Below, piece after piece: positions 27,011 through 40,723 of a stretch of 64,000 bases of DNA. The stretch comes from Eledone cirrhosa. Taxonomy: Eukaryota. Both the position numbers and the translations under genes were made by a program. The stretch spans positions 32,550,001 through 32,614,000 of the forward strand of contig OZ024746.1 of assembly GCA_964016885.1 (NCBI GenBank). Direction: 5' to 3'. Each line of letters opens with the position of its first letter. Within the stretch, counting starts at the first letter, position 1. The notes under the pieces are model-generated. The model was given only the letters and a program-made list of their open reading frames with translations, made no database searches and was not told where the DNA came from.

Positions 27011-27325
27011 CAGTTTTGCTACGACCATACATAAAGCTCAGGGTCACAGTCTCAAAATTGTAGGATTGAATATGAAAAACCGGCTTTTACTCATATGGTG
27101 GTTGTTCACGAGTGGGAGCACCTTGAAATCTTCATATACTATATATACGAAGAGTCTAGTGTATCTGGAAGATTTTTTAATGTTTCTTTTTCTTTTGTCG
27201 CACACGCACATCACAGTCTCGTCTCATACTGTCAATCAGACAACACATCCAATACATTCGTTTTCTCTTCTATCGGTCTTCTCTTATTATCTATTTACCC
27301 AGGCGAAGCTGGGTACCTCAGTTAG
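26850..27325 (+). mobile_element. Helitron 3' portion (PIF1 helicase relic and 3' terminus)
   Basis: FKFSRHQFLVRASFATTIHKAQGHSLKIVGL resembles RRQFPVRLAFAMTINKSQGQSL..VG. Subterminal hairpin ACCCAG-GCGAAG-CTGGGT is followed by TTAG|T, a CTAG variant. Confidence 0.82.
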
Positions 27326-28049
27326 TTTAGCATAATTCGACGCCAAAATATAATATTTTGTTTGCACATACTACGTTTCAGCAATGGCTATCTACACTGA
27401 AAGAAAATAGTTTTCCTTTTCAAATTGTCAACTAGTTAGAGTACACCTGCTCATTGAAGATATTTTGTTTATATTCATAACACTATTATTCCATCTTTCA
27501 ATAACTGAGTCAAGATTAGAATAGAGAAACTGATAGTAACCGTTTGTACATGTATGTTATCGACAGATGTACGATTGAGTACTCACTACCGAAGTAAAGT
27601 TTAGATATTCTTTATTGTGGTTAAATGGTGAGTTTTATTGCTGCGAAGTTTCACCTGTGCACTCACATGATCATCAGATCAGACTAAATATTCAATAACA
27701 GACAGTGTGTGAATAGAGCAAGTCTCCTTTCCACCTGCCCAGAGTGTTAAGACTTCAATTGATCTTAGTTTCGTCTTATTCTATATGTCATAATTATCTT
27801 GAGAGAGATGAGAGAGAGAGAGAGGGGGGGGGAGTATTCCTTTAAAGAGAAAAATAGGGGTGCAAAAGGTGGTCATGATAGATAGTGTACACACACACAC
27901 ACACACATTTACACACACACACATATATATACTCATATGTACATAGATACATAAATACATAAATGCGTACGTACATGCGTACGTACATGCATACATACAT
28001 AATCACATTCATATATTCATATGCATACATACATAAAATACACCCTCCC

Positions 28050-28083
<34 letters not shown>

Positions 28084-28724
28084 GCATACATACTTAATAG
28101 AGTGCTTTAAAATGGCATTAGGCCAGTAAAAATGATTTCCGAAATAGAGGTGCATCTCAATACATTTACTCCGATCGGAATCGATGAAATAAATACCAGC
28201 CGTATCTTGAGATCGATCGCATTGATTATACCCTTTCTCGAAACATTTTCTTCCAAAGTTATAAATCATTATATTTATTTACATTCTTAACTTATTCTCT
28301 AATATCAACATCAGACAAGAAATAATGTTAAACACCAGTTTTCTCTAAAAATAATTCAAACATAAATCACAGATAAGAAAAGGAGATTATAAAATATTCA
28401 CTAAAGTTGAAAAAAAAAAAAAAAAAAAAAATCACAAAACCCAACAAAAACAGAAACAATAACACTTAAACTGACGCAGAGGAAAAAAAAAATCATTATA
28501 AAAGAGTCAGTGTAAAAATAAATTCAACGCCATTTTTTTCTGTCCTTTTTTCGTCTATCGACACTAGGGGGGATTTTCTATTGTTTATTTCTCACAATAG
28601 TACACCTTCACACTTTTATACCAGTTCAGTAGTTGGGAGAGTACAGTCGATTGACTCGACCGCAGTGTATAGTTGGTACTTATTTAACTATAAAGAGACA
28701 AAAACTCATTATATTTGTCCCAAT

Positions 28725-28909
28725 ATTGGCTGGATTGGCAGTATCGGTAGAGAGTCGGACACCATGCTTTGCAGCATAGTTACGGCCCTTTATGATCTGA
28801 GTTCAAATCCCGCCGAGGTTAACTTTACCTTTCATCCTTACAGGGTCGATAAAATAAAGTACCAGTAATGCACTGAGTAATTGCTGGCCTTGTGCCAAAA
28901 TTAGAAACA
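28725..28909 (+). mobile_element. tRNA-derived SINE with 17-bp TSD
   Basis: Family consensus match; TSD ATTATATTTGTCCCAAT at 28708-28724 and 28910-28926. Confidence 0.92.
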
Positions 28910-28962
28910 ATTATATTTGTCCCAATTAACGTATTCAGGTTATTTCATATTCAGAAAATATT

Positions 28963-29170
28963 GGTTTCTGATATAAGCAGAAGGCCAAGAATTGGGGAAA
29001 GTCGTCTAAATCGACACCAGTGAATTACTGGTGCTTTATTTATCGACCCCGTAAAGATGAAAGGCATAGCTAACCTCGACAGGATTTGAACTCAGACCGT
29101 AAAGTGCCGTAACTCTATGCCATAAAGCATGTTCATCAACGCTCCACCGATACTGCCAATTCACCGCCTT
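28963..29170 (-). mobile_element. tRNA-derived SINE (same family)
   Basis: Reverse-complement match to the family consensus. Confidence 0.85.
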
Positions 29171-29250
29171 TCATATCCATGAAGTACAAGTCAACAGGTT
29201 ATAATTTACTTCATTTATTTATAAACGGTGTTATATAAAATTTATATAAA

Positions 29251-29401
<151 letters not shown>

Positions 29402-29507
29402 GAATTAGTATATCTAGTAACATACTTTCTTCGGAAATTTCAGAAACTAATTAGTTGGGAGTGAAATTTTAGTAAGTAAGTTAATTTTATAATTTTCTTA
29501 TTTTACG

Positions 29508-29550
<43 letters not shown>

Positions 29551-29554
<4 letters not shown>

Positions 29555-29759
29555 GGAGGTGAGTTTTATTGTAGTACAATAAAACTTATTGTAGTACAAT
29601 AAATGTTGATTTAAAACTGCACTATCCACAAGTGTTTTTTAACCTTCATATCATGTCCTATTTTATCTGATGAAAACACAAATGTTATTGCATGATGATA
29701 TTTGTTTTTGAAATGCGCATAATAAAATACATGGAACTCATTTAACCATCTTTTGATCT

Positions 29760-29770
<11 letters not shown>
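29551..29770. mobile_element. Short family C PLE insertion: inverted tail plus hammerhead-bearing 3' end
   Basis: Begins TGTAGGAGGTGAGTTTTATTGTAGTACAATAAA (as at 16088), then switches to the 18403-18570 sequence; flanked by TA. Confidence 0.85.
29659..29729 (+). ncRNA. Type I hammerhead ribozyme (family C)
   Basis: TATTTTAT-CTGATGA...GAAA-TGCGCA-TA-ATAAAATA. Confidence 0.85.
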
Positions 29771-29795
<25 letters not shown>

Positions 29796-29839
29796 ATAAT
29801 AATAAATTTGAAGACTAAAATCTCTCTCTCTCTCTCTCT

Positions 29840-29919
<80 letters not shown>

Positions 29920-30094
29920 AAGATAATTCACTCAGAGACGACGAGGCATAATAACAGTATACTGCTTCGATTGTTTCTGGATAAAAAATATAAACACTTT
30001 TTTCTTCTCTGTTTTTTTTTCTCTGCTTTTCCCCTTAAAGCCTCTTGGAATGCGTTTACCATCATTCCGTTGGTATACATCTATTATGAAATTT

Positions 30095-30152
30095 ACACCT
30101 GAAGATGTCACCGGGTTCTTACGCAAACAGGCCACTGAAATGTGCATAGTGT
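30095..30152 (+). ncRNA. Partly degenerate hammerhead (family H)
   Basis: ACAC-CTGAAGA-TGTCACC...GGCCACT-GAAA-TGTGCA-TA-GTGT. Confidence 0.55.
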
Positions 30153-32151
30153 TTGCAGAAATAAATAATTAAGGAAATTCAACATTTTACTTTACAATAT
30201 ATATATATTTATATATATTCAACCACAGAGAAAGTTGACCTGAGTATTGCAAATTAATAAAATAATTGTCACTGTTACTTGGAGCGATGTGTTTTCACTA
30301 AGTAACATTACATATTTACGTTTCAGTGGCCTGGATCATTTGCGAGTAAGTATATAACACGGATGCAATGAAGTGACATTTATCAAAATATAAACCAGTG
30401 ATCTCTTAGTTGGTTAACGAGTTCCTTGTCCACGCCCCCATTTCTACTCTATGAATCAAAATAATTATTGAAATGCATTTTGTCTGGGTTTTATCTTTTC
30501 TTTCATCACATTAACTCGAACGACGTAATGTTACCGATACTTGCAATTAATCAACTTCTCTACCGCGTTTCTCTACTTCCCGTTCGAAGCCTATTCTCTT
30601 CCGCAGTGTAAAACCATAGAGACGGGTATAAATTGACTATTTACCGTTAATAGAAATGGAAGACCTACATGTGAATTTGAAAGAAACTAATATAGCAAGC
30701 AGCTATTTCATAAGCCTAAGTGATAATTGATTCCAGCGTTGAGTTTGATTTTAAACATGTAATAGAAGATGTGAACTTAACCACAGTAATGTAGTTAGTT
30801 CAGTATTCCATTATCTCGACCATTTCCTCCATTCTGGATCATAATTAAGATTTAGACATTAGTGATAGTGAAGTCGAGAAGATAGATGGACAGTATAAAC
30901 TCCATGCAGTTTTCATTCTCGTAAAGTCACATTCCAGGTTGTAATTTTACTGATATCATCTTTGGATTTCATTTCATGTCTTCTAAAGGTGATTAAATAA
31001 GGAATCGTTCCTCACAAAATACTTCACACTAGAAATTGTTGGTATGATATTCATACAAAAGAAATCATCATTTTTGCAATTCTGTCACCAAAAACTGGGT
31101 CTGTGTATGTATTTTCCCCCACATTCCTGAAAAATTCTTAATTATTTTTACCATTTCATGTTTTTGATCCTTAAAAAAACTCATATCTGGGATGGTGTTG
31201 CTGCATATAAAAATCTATACGCCGTAAACAAATAAATTATTCAGCTTGTTTGCAAAAACTCATTCAATTGCTATCCCAAGCATTCACTGTTTCTTTTTTC
31301 CGCCTTTTCTACTGTTACAACAAAGATCTATTTTTGAACTAGCAGGTTATGCACCAACTTCATACAAACACAGTAGATAAACTGGTCTCTTATTATTTTA
31401 CAATCTTCACACTAATGGTTTCTAAACTAAAAATGTATGTCTCTGAAATTCCTTTCCTATCCATAGATTCTTTATATCCTAAAGCTATATAAGTATTTTG
31501 TTCACTATCATCTACATCATCACCATCTTTAAATATCACAGGATTCGTACGGTAAAACAGTGCTACATACTGCCCCCCCCCCCCGGCATAAAGGAAAAAA
31601 ATACAATGGAAAACATGGAAATTAGAATCATGATTAACCCAACAAAAGGATATTTTCGGATAATAGAGAAATAATAAACAGTCTAACTGGAGAATCTGCA
31701 TTGTTGTTTTTGCATGGAAGCTCGAAGTAGAGTATTGTTTGTCAGAACCATATGAGCATCCTTGAGAAATATTTTGGATCAACATGATTAAATATGTAAT
31801 CGCTGTACAGAATTGATTAACCCATTTGTTGTATGGTACGAGATGTAATTCTGTTGCACATATATATTTTTTTTAAATCTACAGCTCTAAAGCTATCTAA
31901 GCATGCATGCACGGACCCGTAACTCCCGAAGGAGTCGTATTGGCATACGGCGTTTCTAGGGCATTTTTTTAAAAACTGGCAGAGCCTTTCTCCTCTTCAG
32001 GTCTTAATACAGCAGATTTCTTCCAGAGAAGGATAGAGAGGGAGAGAATGGAAGTGAGAAAAAAGATATAGAGAAAGAATTGACTCCAGTAATAGAGTGG
32101 TACTGTTTTTATTGAACTCGAATGGATGAAAGGCAAAGTTGACCTCGATAC

Positions 32152-32289
32152 ACACAAGCAGGTGACAGGCAATTCAAGTGTCACATCTGTGAACGTAGCT
32201 ACAAAACAAAAGCGGGTCTGAAAAGGAACCTGCGTGCACATGATCGTGCAATGTTCAATGATGGGATGGCACAATCAAAATGTATGTGA
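32152..32289 (+). pseudogene. Degenerate C2H2 zinc-finger fragment, probably a LINE ORF2 C-terminus
   Basis: Manual translation GDRQFKCHICERSYKTKAGLKRNLRAH; the first His position is Asn. Confidence 0.5.
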
Positions 32290-32330
32290 ACCTAATCTTC
32301 GCCAGCCTATGAACTTTTCATCTGAGCATC

Positions 32331-32405
<75 letters not shown>

Positions 32406-32408
<3 letters not shown>

Positions 32409-33013
32409 TTTCTGAATTTGTTTAGCAAGATTCTTTATCTGAAATCGTGTGTTGAAACCGATATTGTTATACTTTGGGAGGGTCATGTTGCCAATAAGAA
32501 ACACACGCACCAGTTGCTATCACTTCAATTTATTATATATTTATAAATTTACAAATTTATAAATTTATAAATTTCTGGTTGGTTGGTTGGTTCCACAACC
32601 AGATAGTTGTTTATATATATTCATAGTCCTTTCGTCACACACTCTGTGACCTCTTCTGTGACTGGGGATTCCTTTCTTTGTCTCCGTGCCTCTCCTTTGT
32701 TCTGTCCTACGCCATTTTGTTTCTGTGTGTGTGTTGTGTGCTCAGTTTGCGCATGCGCCACATCCGGGTGTCAGTGTTCATTTATCTATTTGTTTATTTA
32801 TTTATTTATTTACATGTTATTGGTTGGTTGTTTGTTCTATGTGTGTGTGTGTTTTCATTTTGTCCTTAATTGTAACTATCTGGTTGTGGAACCAACCAAC
32901 CAACCAGAAATTTATAAATTTATAAATTTGTAAATTTATAAATATATAATAAATTGAAGTGAAAGCAACTGGTGCGTGTGTTTCTTATTGGCAACATGAC
33001 CCTCCCAAAGTAT

Positions 33014-33021
<8 letters not shown>
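32406..33021. mobile_element. Fold-back element in (TA)n: 148-bp arms, 265-nt spacer, one-sided tail
   Basis: 32461-32608 and 32874-33021 are near-perfect inverted repeats. PLE origin is inferred from architecture only. Confidence 0.65.
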
Positions 33022-33059
<38 letters not shown>

Positions 33060-33109
33060 ATAATAATAAATTTGAAGACTAAAATCCAAAGAGGGCTTCT
33101 TTAATCTGT

Positions 33110-33154
<45 letters not shown>

Positions 33155-33245
33155 CATGTTAGCGTGTGGAAGATGGACGTTAAACGAAGATGATGATGAT
33201 GTATGTGTGTGTGTGTAAGTATACATACATACATACATACATATA

Positions 33246-33510
33246 TGGAAGAATATTTTCGAAACAGCGAGTGGATTTGAAATTATTAGAAATGTAAGCT
33301 ATCGCCGTATTTTGACTAAAGAAATTAAAGAAATTATTTAGCCTGATAGTGGGGTTAAGAACCCTCGGAGAAATGGAAAAAGATGAGTATTGACGTACAT
33401 GGGAGTCGATACCCATGTACGTCAATACTCATCTTTTTCCATTTCTCCGAGGGTTCTTAACCCCACTATCAGGTTAAATAATTTCTTTAATTTCTTTAGT
33501 CAAAATACGG

Positions 33511-33515
<5 letters not shown>
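33246..33515. mobile_element. Fold-back element: 104-bp arms, 8-nt loop, one-sided tail
   Basis: 33300-33403 and 33412-33515 are inverted; the right arm runs into (TA)n. Confidence 0.7.
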
Positions 33516-33560
<45 letters not shown>

Positions 33561-33565
<5 letters not shown>

Positions 33566-33824
33566 TAAACGGAATAGAAAATGCTGACAAATTGTTCACA
33601 GTTGAAAAATGGTTTAATTAGGAATAAAAGAGTATTAGTGATTGTATGGGTTAGTATTCAGTTGTGGTTTTAAAAACTTAAAACCACAACTGAATACTAA
33701 CCCATACAATCACTAATACTCTTTTATTCCTAATTAAACCGTTTTTCAACTGTGAACAATTTGTCAGCATTTTCTATTCCGTTTACCAATATATAATAAC
33801 TTGTGTGTTACACCTCTATTCTTT

Positions 33825-33828
<4 letters not shown>
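33561..33828. mobile_element. Fold-back element: 113-bp arms, 4-nt loop, one-sided tail
   Basis: 33561-33673 and 33678-33790 are inverted, with tail ...GTGTTACACCTCTATTCTTTT; homologous to 14160-14570. Confidence 0.75.
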
Positions 33829-33861
<33 letters not shown>

Positions 33862-34715
33862 TTAGTCCAGAGTTGGCCGTCAGGGTGGCTAGGGCTCGGA
33901 CGTCGGGGTCCTACTCGTTCCTATATATCTATATCTATATATATATATATATATACATAATACATATGTATATATATAAATATGCACATCTAAATATGTA
34001 AGTATACATTCGTAAAAACACACACATATAATATATATGTATATATAAGATATGTCGAATGAAACCTAGTATGTATGTTTGTTCTTCTGGTTTTATTATT
34101 TTATACACGTCTGTCTGTCTGTATGTATGTATTTATGTATATGTATGTATAAATGTTCGTATGTATGTATGCTTGCATATATGTATGTATGTATATATGT
34201 ACGTATATATATATGTATGTATGTACGTACGTATGTATTATGTGTGTATGTACGTATGTATGTATGTACGTACGTACGTATGTATGTATGTATGTATGTA
34301 TGTATGTATGTATGTATGTATTATGTGTATATGTACGTATGTATGTATGTATGTATGTATGTATGTATGTATTTATGTACGTACGTACGTACGTACGTAC
34401 GTACGTATGTATGTATGTATGTGTGTGTGTATGTATGTGTGCTTGTGAATGTAAGAATAGGTGAGCATTCCCATAAATATCTAATTACTTGTTACTTTTA
34501 CTCCTCCCATGGTATTTTGATAAAACTATATATGATAATATGATGTCATTAATTTTCTCACTCGCTTCAAAAACATAAAACATTTTATAAAATAACATGA
34601 AGGAAATGATGGCTTTTTATTGGACACAAACCGTCAACTGTACCGAGTGCGTTGTTATTTCTGTTTACCTTATATATATATATATAACTACATTCCTTGT
34701 TTTTGTTTTGTTCTT

Positions 34716-34750
<35 letters not shown>

Positions 34751-34751
34751 A

Positions 34752-34830
<79 letters not shown>

Positions 34831-34937
34831 ATAATAATAAATTTGAAGACTAAAATCCAAAGAGGGCTCGATAAGGATAAATATATATCAAATATATAAG
34901 AACCGTAGAGCAAATATTTATTAAAATAACAGATTAA

Positions 34938-34988
34938 AGTTTAAGCAAAGAATCGCTGCTTTCACCCTTAACGGGATCTTCTGAAACT
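34938..34988 (-). ncRNA. Hammerhead-like motif, variant core CAGAAGA (family D)
   Basis: Minus strand: AGTTT-CAGAAGA-TCCC-GTTAA-GGGT-GAAA-GCA-GCGATTCTT-TGC-TT-AAACT. Confidence 0.7.
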
Positions 34989-36317
34989 AACAAAGTCAAT
35001 CTGTAAACGCAGAACTGGATATTTCAAAAAACGTTGCAACCGGAGGAAGACAGGAAGACGATACTTTGGTTTGTGGAAACGTTCGCTGGCAAAAAACGGG
35101 AAAAAACGAATAATACGTTATTAATAGGAGCAGTGAAAAACAATTACGCACAAAGACAGAACCACGTTTATGGCATAAAAGAGGTCATAGACTAATGTTC
35201 TCTTAGGTGGTGCATAGAGACGTTCTCTGGCAATGAACGAAAAAACGAAGATAATACGTCATATGTGGAACGTGGAGAACTATAGCACGCAAAGACACAA
35301 CCACGTAAATGGTATGGCAGAAGTCGTAGACTAAAATTCTAACTAGGAGACCAAATGAATCTCCGCTACAGAGTTAAGAACAAAGTAAATAAATACAATA
35401 CAGAAGTAATAGAAATAAATAAATACATACACGCAAACAAATACGTACATACACAAGCATACGCAAAAACTTACCATAGGTATACAAAACCACGCACATA
35501 TAAATATGTGTGTGTGTGTATGCGTGTATACAAATAAATAAATAATTATATAAACGTATATAAATAAATAAATACGTATATAACAAGCGCACACACATAC
35601 CTACATATAAATACACGAATGTTCGGAGACGTAAGTCAACTAAAACATGAAGTACGCATACACACACACCCACCATACGTACGAACCTGCATACTCACAC
35701 AGACGCAAAACTCCCGTATACACATAGCCAGTACTTTACAATATGGCGTCTATCAAACTCTATATATCCGCCATATTTATTTTTTTCTTGATAGCAATAT
35801 TAAAACTTCTTGAATGTTTGACGAAGACACGAATATTGTACACAGACCCACAGACACTCGAACTCAATAACACTCGGTGGCACGAACGCTCTCCCAAACA
35901 CAATTACACATACACACCGCACAAACGCATACAAAGTAATACGTTAATTTAGGCAAACAGACAAAAGTACACACAAACACAGAAACACACATACTTAGAA
36001 ACTTGCATGTAGACATTATATATCGACGTTTATATTCACAAAAACTCGTTAAACTAACACAAGCAGCAACACATGATAATGTCACTTGTTTTAAAACTTA
36101 TATAATTATTTCTTAAATTGGCACAAGACCACAAATTTGTATAAGTAGAGTGTTGCAACTATAATTTATCTCACTATATAACAATTTATTTCGTTGCTCG
36201 TCGAACGATAATGAATAAGTTCGATTTCACCTGAATTTGAACTTAGTTGATTGAAACTAACCATTCCAAAGCAGAATATATTCTGCTACTTCGCGAATAA
36301 CTATATATACATATGTG

Positions 36318-36590
36318 GAGCCGAGTGACCTAGTGGTAAATGTTTTGGACCTACGATCATAATATCATGAGTTCGATTCCTTGACTTTGTTGTGTGCTGT
36401 GTTCTTGAGCAAAACACTTCATTTCCCCGTGGTTCTAGTATACTCAGCTGAAAATGAGTACTAACAATAGATGGGGATTTAACCCTGCGATGGACTGGCG
36501 TCCTATCCAGCGGGAAGGCTTTTTACACTCAGTCGCTTCACGCCACAGAAACCGGGACAAGCACCGGTCTGATGAGTCTCCGAGCTCGAG
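36318..36590 (+). mobile_element. tRNA-derived SINE, second family (V-domain-like centre)
   Basis: A box TGACCTAGTGGTAA, B box GAGTTCGATTCC, then TTCTTGAGCAAAACACTT and GCGATGGACTGGCGTCC. Homologous to 53938-54200. Confidence 0.8.
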
Positions 36591-37169
36591 ATAGACTTTA
36601 GAATAGACTTTATATATACATATATAGAAGAGATAGACTTTAGATAGACTTTATATATACATATATACAAATACACATACACTCATACATACACATACAT
36701 ACACATAGGTACATACCTCAACCGACTTAATCTTGTTCGATCATTCTAAGATTATGGTATCTCTTTCTATAAATTATGGCGAATTATTGGATTTTGAAAT
36801 GTTTCTTGCTTTTAATGGACAATTATATTTTGTTCATGATGCCGCGTTGTGAATTGACGATTAACCTGACGACTCTTAAAGTGTGCCTTACACATTCCTG
36901 TATACGAGTTGGCTCTTTTCAAACCTCCATAGAAGAAATTCACATCAACTAAGTATATCATCACTTTAGCTTTATATACACAACCAAGAGGGCGCGCGTG
37001 GTCCCGTAACTCCCGAGAGTGTCGTAGAGTCGTTGTATTGATATACGTTTATATGACATTTTTTAACCTGTCGGTAACCATCTCCTCTCCAGATATGATT
37101 ACTACAGATTTCTTTTAGAGAAAGATAGAGAGCGAGAGAAATTAGGCGAGGAAGAGATATAGTGGAAGA

Positions 37170-37320
37170 ATCGATCCCAATACTTGACTGGCACTTTTAC
37201 TTATCGATCTCGAACGAATAAAAGGCAAAGTTGACCTCAGCAGAATTTGAATTCAGAGAGCAGAGAACCGAAACGAATACCATAAAGCATTCTATCCGAC
37301 GTTCTAACGACTTTGTCGCC
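37170..37320 (-). mobile_element. Diverged SINE of the major family
   Basis: AAAGGCAAAGTTGACCTCAGCAGAATTTGAATTCAGA core. Confidence 0.65.
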
Positions 37321-37528
37321 TTCAATCAAGAGAGCACGGCTCGACAAATTTACAGTTACGTAGTTACGTAACTTACAAATTCCATAGTTGTTTTTCCTGT
37401 CGGTATTTATATATGGGGGGCATATTAACTTTATTTCGGGTGTAGAGTAGTTTACGTTATCATTGTGTACATAGTTGCTAAGAATAAGCTTCAGTTTAGT
37501 ATGGTTCATACTTGCAATAATATTATTT

Positions 37529-37708
37529 GGATTGGCAGTATTGGGAGAGGGTCGGACGCCATGCTTTGACGTATAGAGTTACGGCCCTTGCCATTCTGAG
37601 TTCAAATCCCGCCGAGGTTAACTTTGCCTTTCATCCTTACGGGGTCGATAAAATAAAGTACCAGTAATGCACTGGGTAATTGCTGGCGTTGTGCTTAACG
37701 TAGAAACA
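37529..37708 (+). mobile_element. tRNA-derived SINE (major family)
   Basis: Close match to consensus, B box GAGTTCAAATCCC. Confidence 0.9.
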
Positions 37709-38232
37709 TTTAGTACCAACACTAGAAACTGAAGCTCACCTTGTTATGTTGGGGATTGCAGGACTAATATAGTTTGCTGACAGTGGATAAGTCATGTGTG
37801 GCCTTTCTTTAGATAATATAGTGTAATCGGAAGGAGATTTGGACGATATTTCTAGTAGTTCATGGGATCATATAGAAGTTTCTTTTTCGTTTGTTTATTC
37901 ATGTAATGTATAGCTACATAATATATCTATGTATTCTGTAGTTGCGTAATATATTCTACTTCTTGGCTTGTGTCATCATTTTTCTTTGTCTATTTCTTCC
38001 TTCAGCTTTTTTCCTGATATCGACAAGTATGCCATTCTCAGAATTTTTGTGGTTGCTTATCCTCAAAGCTGTCTGTTACACAAATCTCTTTTTTGTTGGC
38101 TTCTTTCAAAGCAGAAAACCATTTCGGTTTGTTCTATTCGTATTTTGTAGCAATTTGTTTTTATAAGAAATATTTTATATTATTATAACTCTTACTACTA
38201 CTACTATACTTACCACCACTATCACCACAGTC

Positions 38233-38314
<82 letters not shown>

Positions 38315-38400
38315 AATGTATATGTGTGTATGTGTGTATGTTTGAACGTGCATTTGCGTGTGCTTGCGTGCGCTGTCGTCGTTATTTAGCATCAGAAGGA

Positions 38401-38908
38401 AGGTGGATTGGCAGTATCGGTAAATGTTCTACAGCATAGAGCTACGGCCCTTACGTCCTGAGTTCAAACCCCACCGAAGTTAGTCTTGCCGATAAAGTAA
38501 AGTACCAGTAACGCACTGGGGTAAATTTAATCGACTTACCCCTTTCATCAAATTGCTGGCCTTGTGCCTGAATCAGAAACCATTATTTAGCAGACCTTTA
38601 ATGAAAGACATTCAAAGCGATACCCTCCCGTACATTGTAGGGGCATGTAGGACCAGATTATCAACTGTACCATCTAGACTTTCTAGAGACCATCTAGACG
38701 TTTCGAGAGACCATATATTTGGCAAATGTTGGATTGGCAGTATCGGTAGAGGGTTGGACGCCATGCTTTCCAGCATAGTTACGTCCCTTTACGATCTGAG
38801 TTCAAATCCCGCCGAGGTTGACTTTGCCTTTCATCCTTACGGGGGTCAATAAAATAAAGTACCAGTAATGCACTGGGTAATTGCTGGCCTTGTGCCTAAA
38901 GTAGAAAC
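38401..38908 (+). mobile_element. Two SINEs of the major family (38401-38580 and 38731-38908)
   Basis: GGATTGGCAGTATCGGTA heads and GCTGGCCTTGTGCCT..AGAAAC tails. Confidence 0.88.
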
Positions 38909-39090
38909 AGTTATGTATGTGACGGCAGTAGCGATTGTGAGACCTAACGATTTGTAGTAGTTTTCCAAGATCTAGTCCAGTGTTGCATATTATTGGGGAT
39001 AGTTTCATATATATATATATATATATATATGTATAGTGAAAGAGTGAAGAATAGGATACCTTGTTATCCTATATATATATATATATATAT

Positions 39091-39290
39091 GTTTTATCCC
39101 GGGTTCAATAGGGGGTAACCACAGTAAGTAAGGTACACAATACATAGCAGAGTATAAATATATAATATAGAAATAGCTTCTACAGGACTAGAACTGCTTC
39201 ATTCGGTAGAAATCATCAGGAAGGCCTGGCTTCCTGATGATTTCTACCGAATGAAACAGTTCTAGTGCTGTAGAAACCATTTCTATATTA
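39091..39290. mobile_element. Fold-back PLE-type fragment (family E): 61-bp arms made mostly of hammerhead
   Basis: 39163-39223 and 39230-39290 are inverted, with tail 39091-39162 shared with 46396 and 53096; in (TA)n. Confidence 0.8.
39228..39278 (+). ncRNA. Type I hammerhead ribozyme (family E)
   Basis: GGCTTC-CTGATGA-TTTC-TACC-GAAT-GAAA-CAG-TTCTAGTG-CTG-TA-GAAACC; the copy at 53191 has GAAGCC, which pairs fully. Confidence 0.78.
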
Positions 39291-39305
39291 AAATATATAT
39301 ATACA

Positions 39306-39379
<74 letters not shown>

Positions 39380-39853
39380 TGTTAAACTAGAGACTAGATT
39401 GTTACATCTCTATTGGATGATGTTTCTAAAGTTTATATTGAAAGTATCAGTATGACATATTTCCTGTTTGGAAAGAAAGTGAATTTTTATTTGAAATGGC
39501 AAGTTACCCGTAACGCAGGGTAATATATATACATACATACATACATACACATACATACATACATACATACATACATACATACATACATACATACATACAT
39601 ACATACCTACATATATATATATATGTATATGTATATAGATGTGTGTGTAGGTGTGTATGTATGTATGTATGTACATATGTATATGTGTATGTATAGCTGA
39701 AGATCAAGTTAGATGGATGGAAAGATGGGCAGATGTATTCGACTATGGACTTTGATAGGAAAAAACATGTAAACAAGCGAAATACCTTTAATTGTTGCTC
39801 TTTTCATTTGATGACATTTAAGAAAATAAATAAAAACAATATATATATGTGTA

Positions 39854-39935
<82 letters not shown>

Positions 39936-39948
39936 TATATATATGTAC

Positions 39949-39979
<31 letters not shown>

Positions 39980-39990
39980 TATATATATGT

Positions 39991-40055
<65 letters not shown>

Positions 40056-40723
40056 TATATATATGTGTGTGTGTGTATATATATAATATATACATATATG
40101 AACTACTAAAAACATATGTACTCAGAAGAAGAAACAAATCTGACAACATTTTTCTCTGTCTAGTAAATAGTAATTAGCTATATTTGTCTTTAATAACCAA
40201 ACGAATTCTGCGTTTATCATCAACAAAGATAACTAGGACTACACTAATTGTAGTAGTGGTATAGGTATCTAAAAATATTAAGAATCATAAAAGAAAAGAG
40301 CAACAACCAAAATTCTTAGTAATATTGTTAGCTACAGTCGTTATAGGATCTCTAGAAATGATAGGATCGTTATAGGATCTCAACGAATTCTTTGCCATAA
40401 ATCGTAAAGTACGTACTTCTTTTTATATAAAAAAAAGATCACGTTAGATAGTGTTTAAAAACTATCGCTGTTGGAACATTTCTTATTGATTGTCTACTCA
40501 ATCAGGACTGATCTAGGAAAGGCAGTAAGGTGGGGCAACATCAACAAAACATCACCACCACCACCACCACCACCACCACCACCAGCAACAACAACAACAA
40601 CAACATCAACAACAAACATCCAGCATCATCATGTCTACTTATATAAAGCGATCGAGAGAGAAAAAAATTGTGTCGATTGGTTGGAAATATAAAATGATAA
40701 GATTAATAATATAAAAGGGCGTT

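Noticed and set aside
27641-27682. Minus-strand CTGATGA-stem-GAAA motif
   Set aside because: Stem II is plausible but the UH site and stem I are missing; at best a decayed relic.
30540-31830. Complex non-repetitive stretch, possible piggyBac relic or host exon
   Set aside because: I could not recover a convincing motif, paired TIRs or a splice-bounded frame.
36565-36600. CTGATGAG...GAGA hammerhead-like string in a SINE tail
   Set aside because: No GAAA core or stem I, and the homologous SINE at 54180 lacks CTGATGA.
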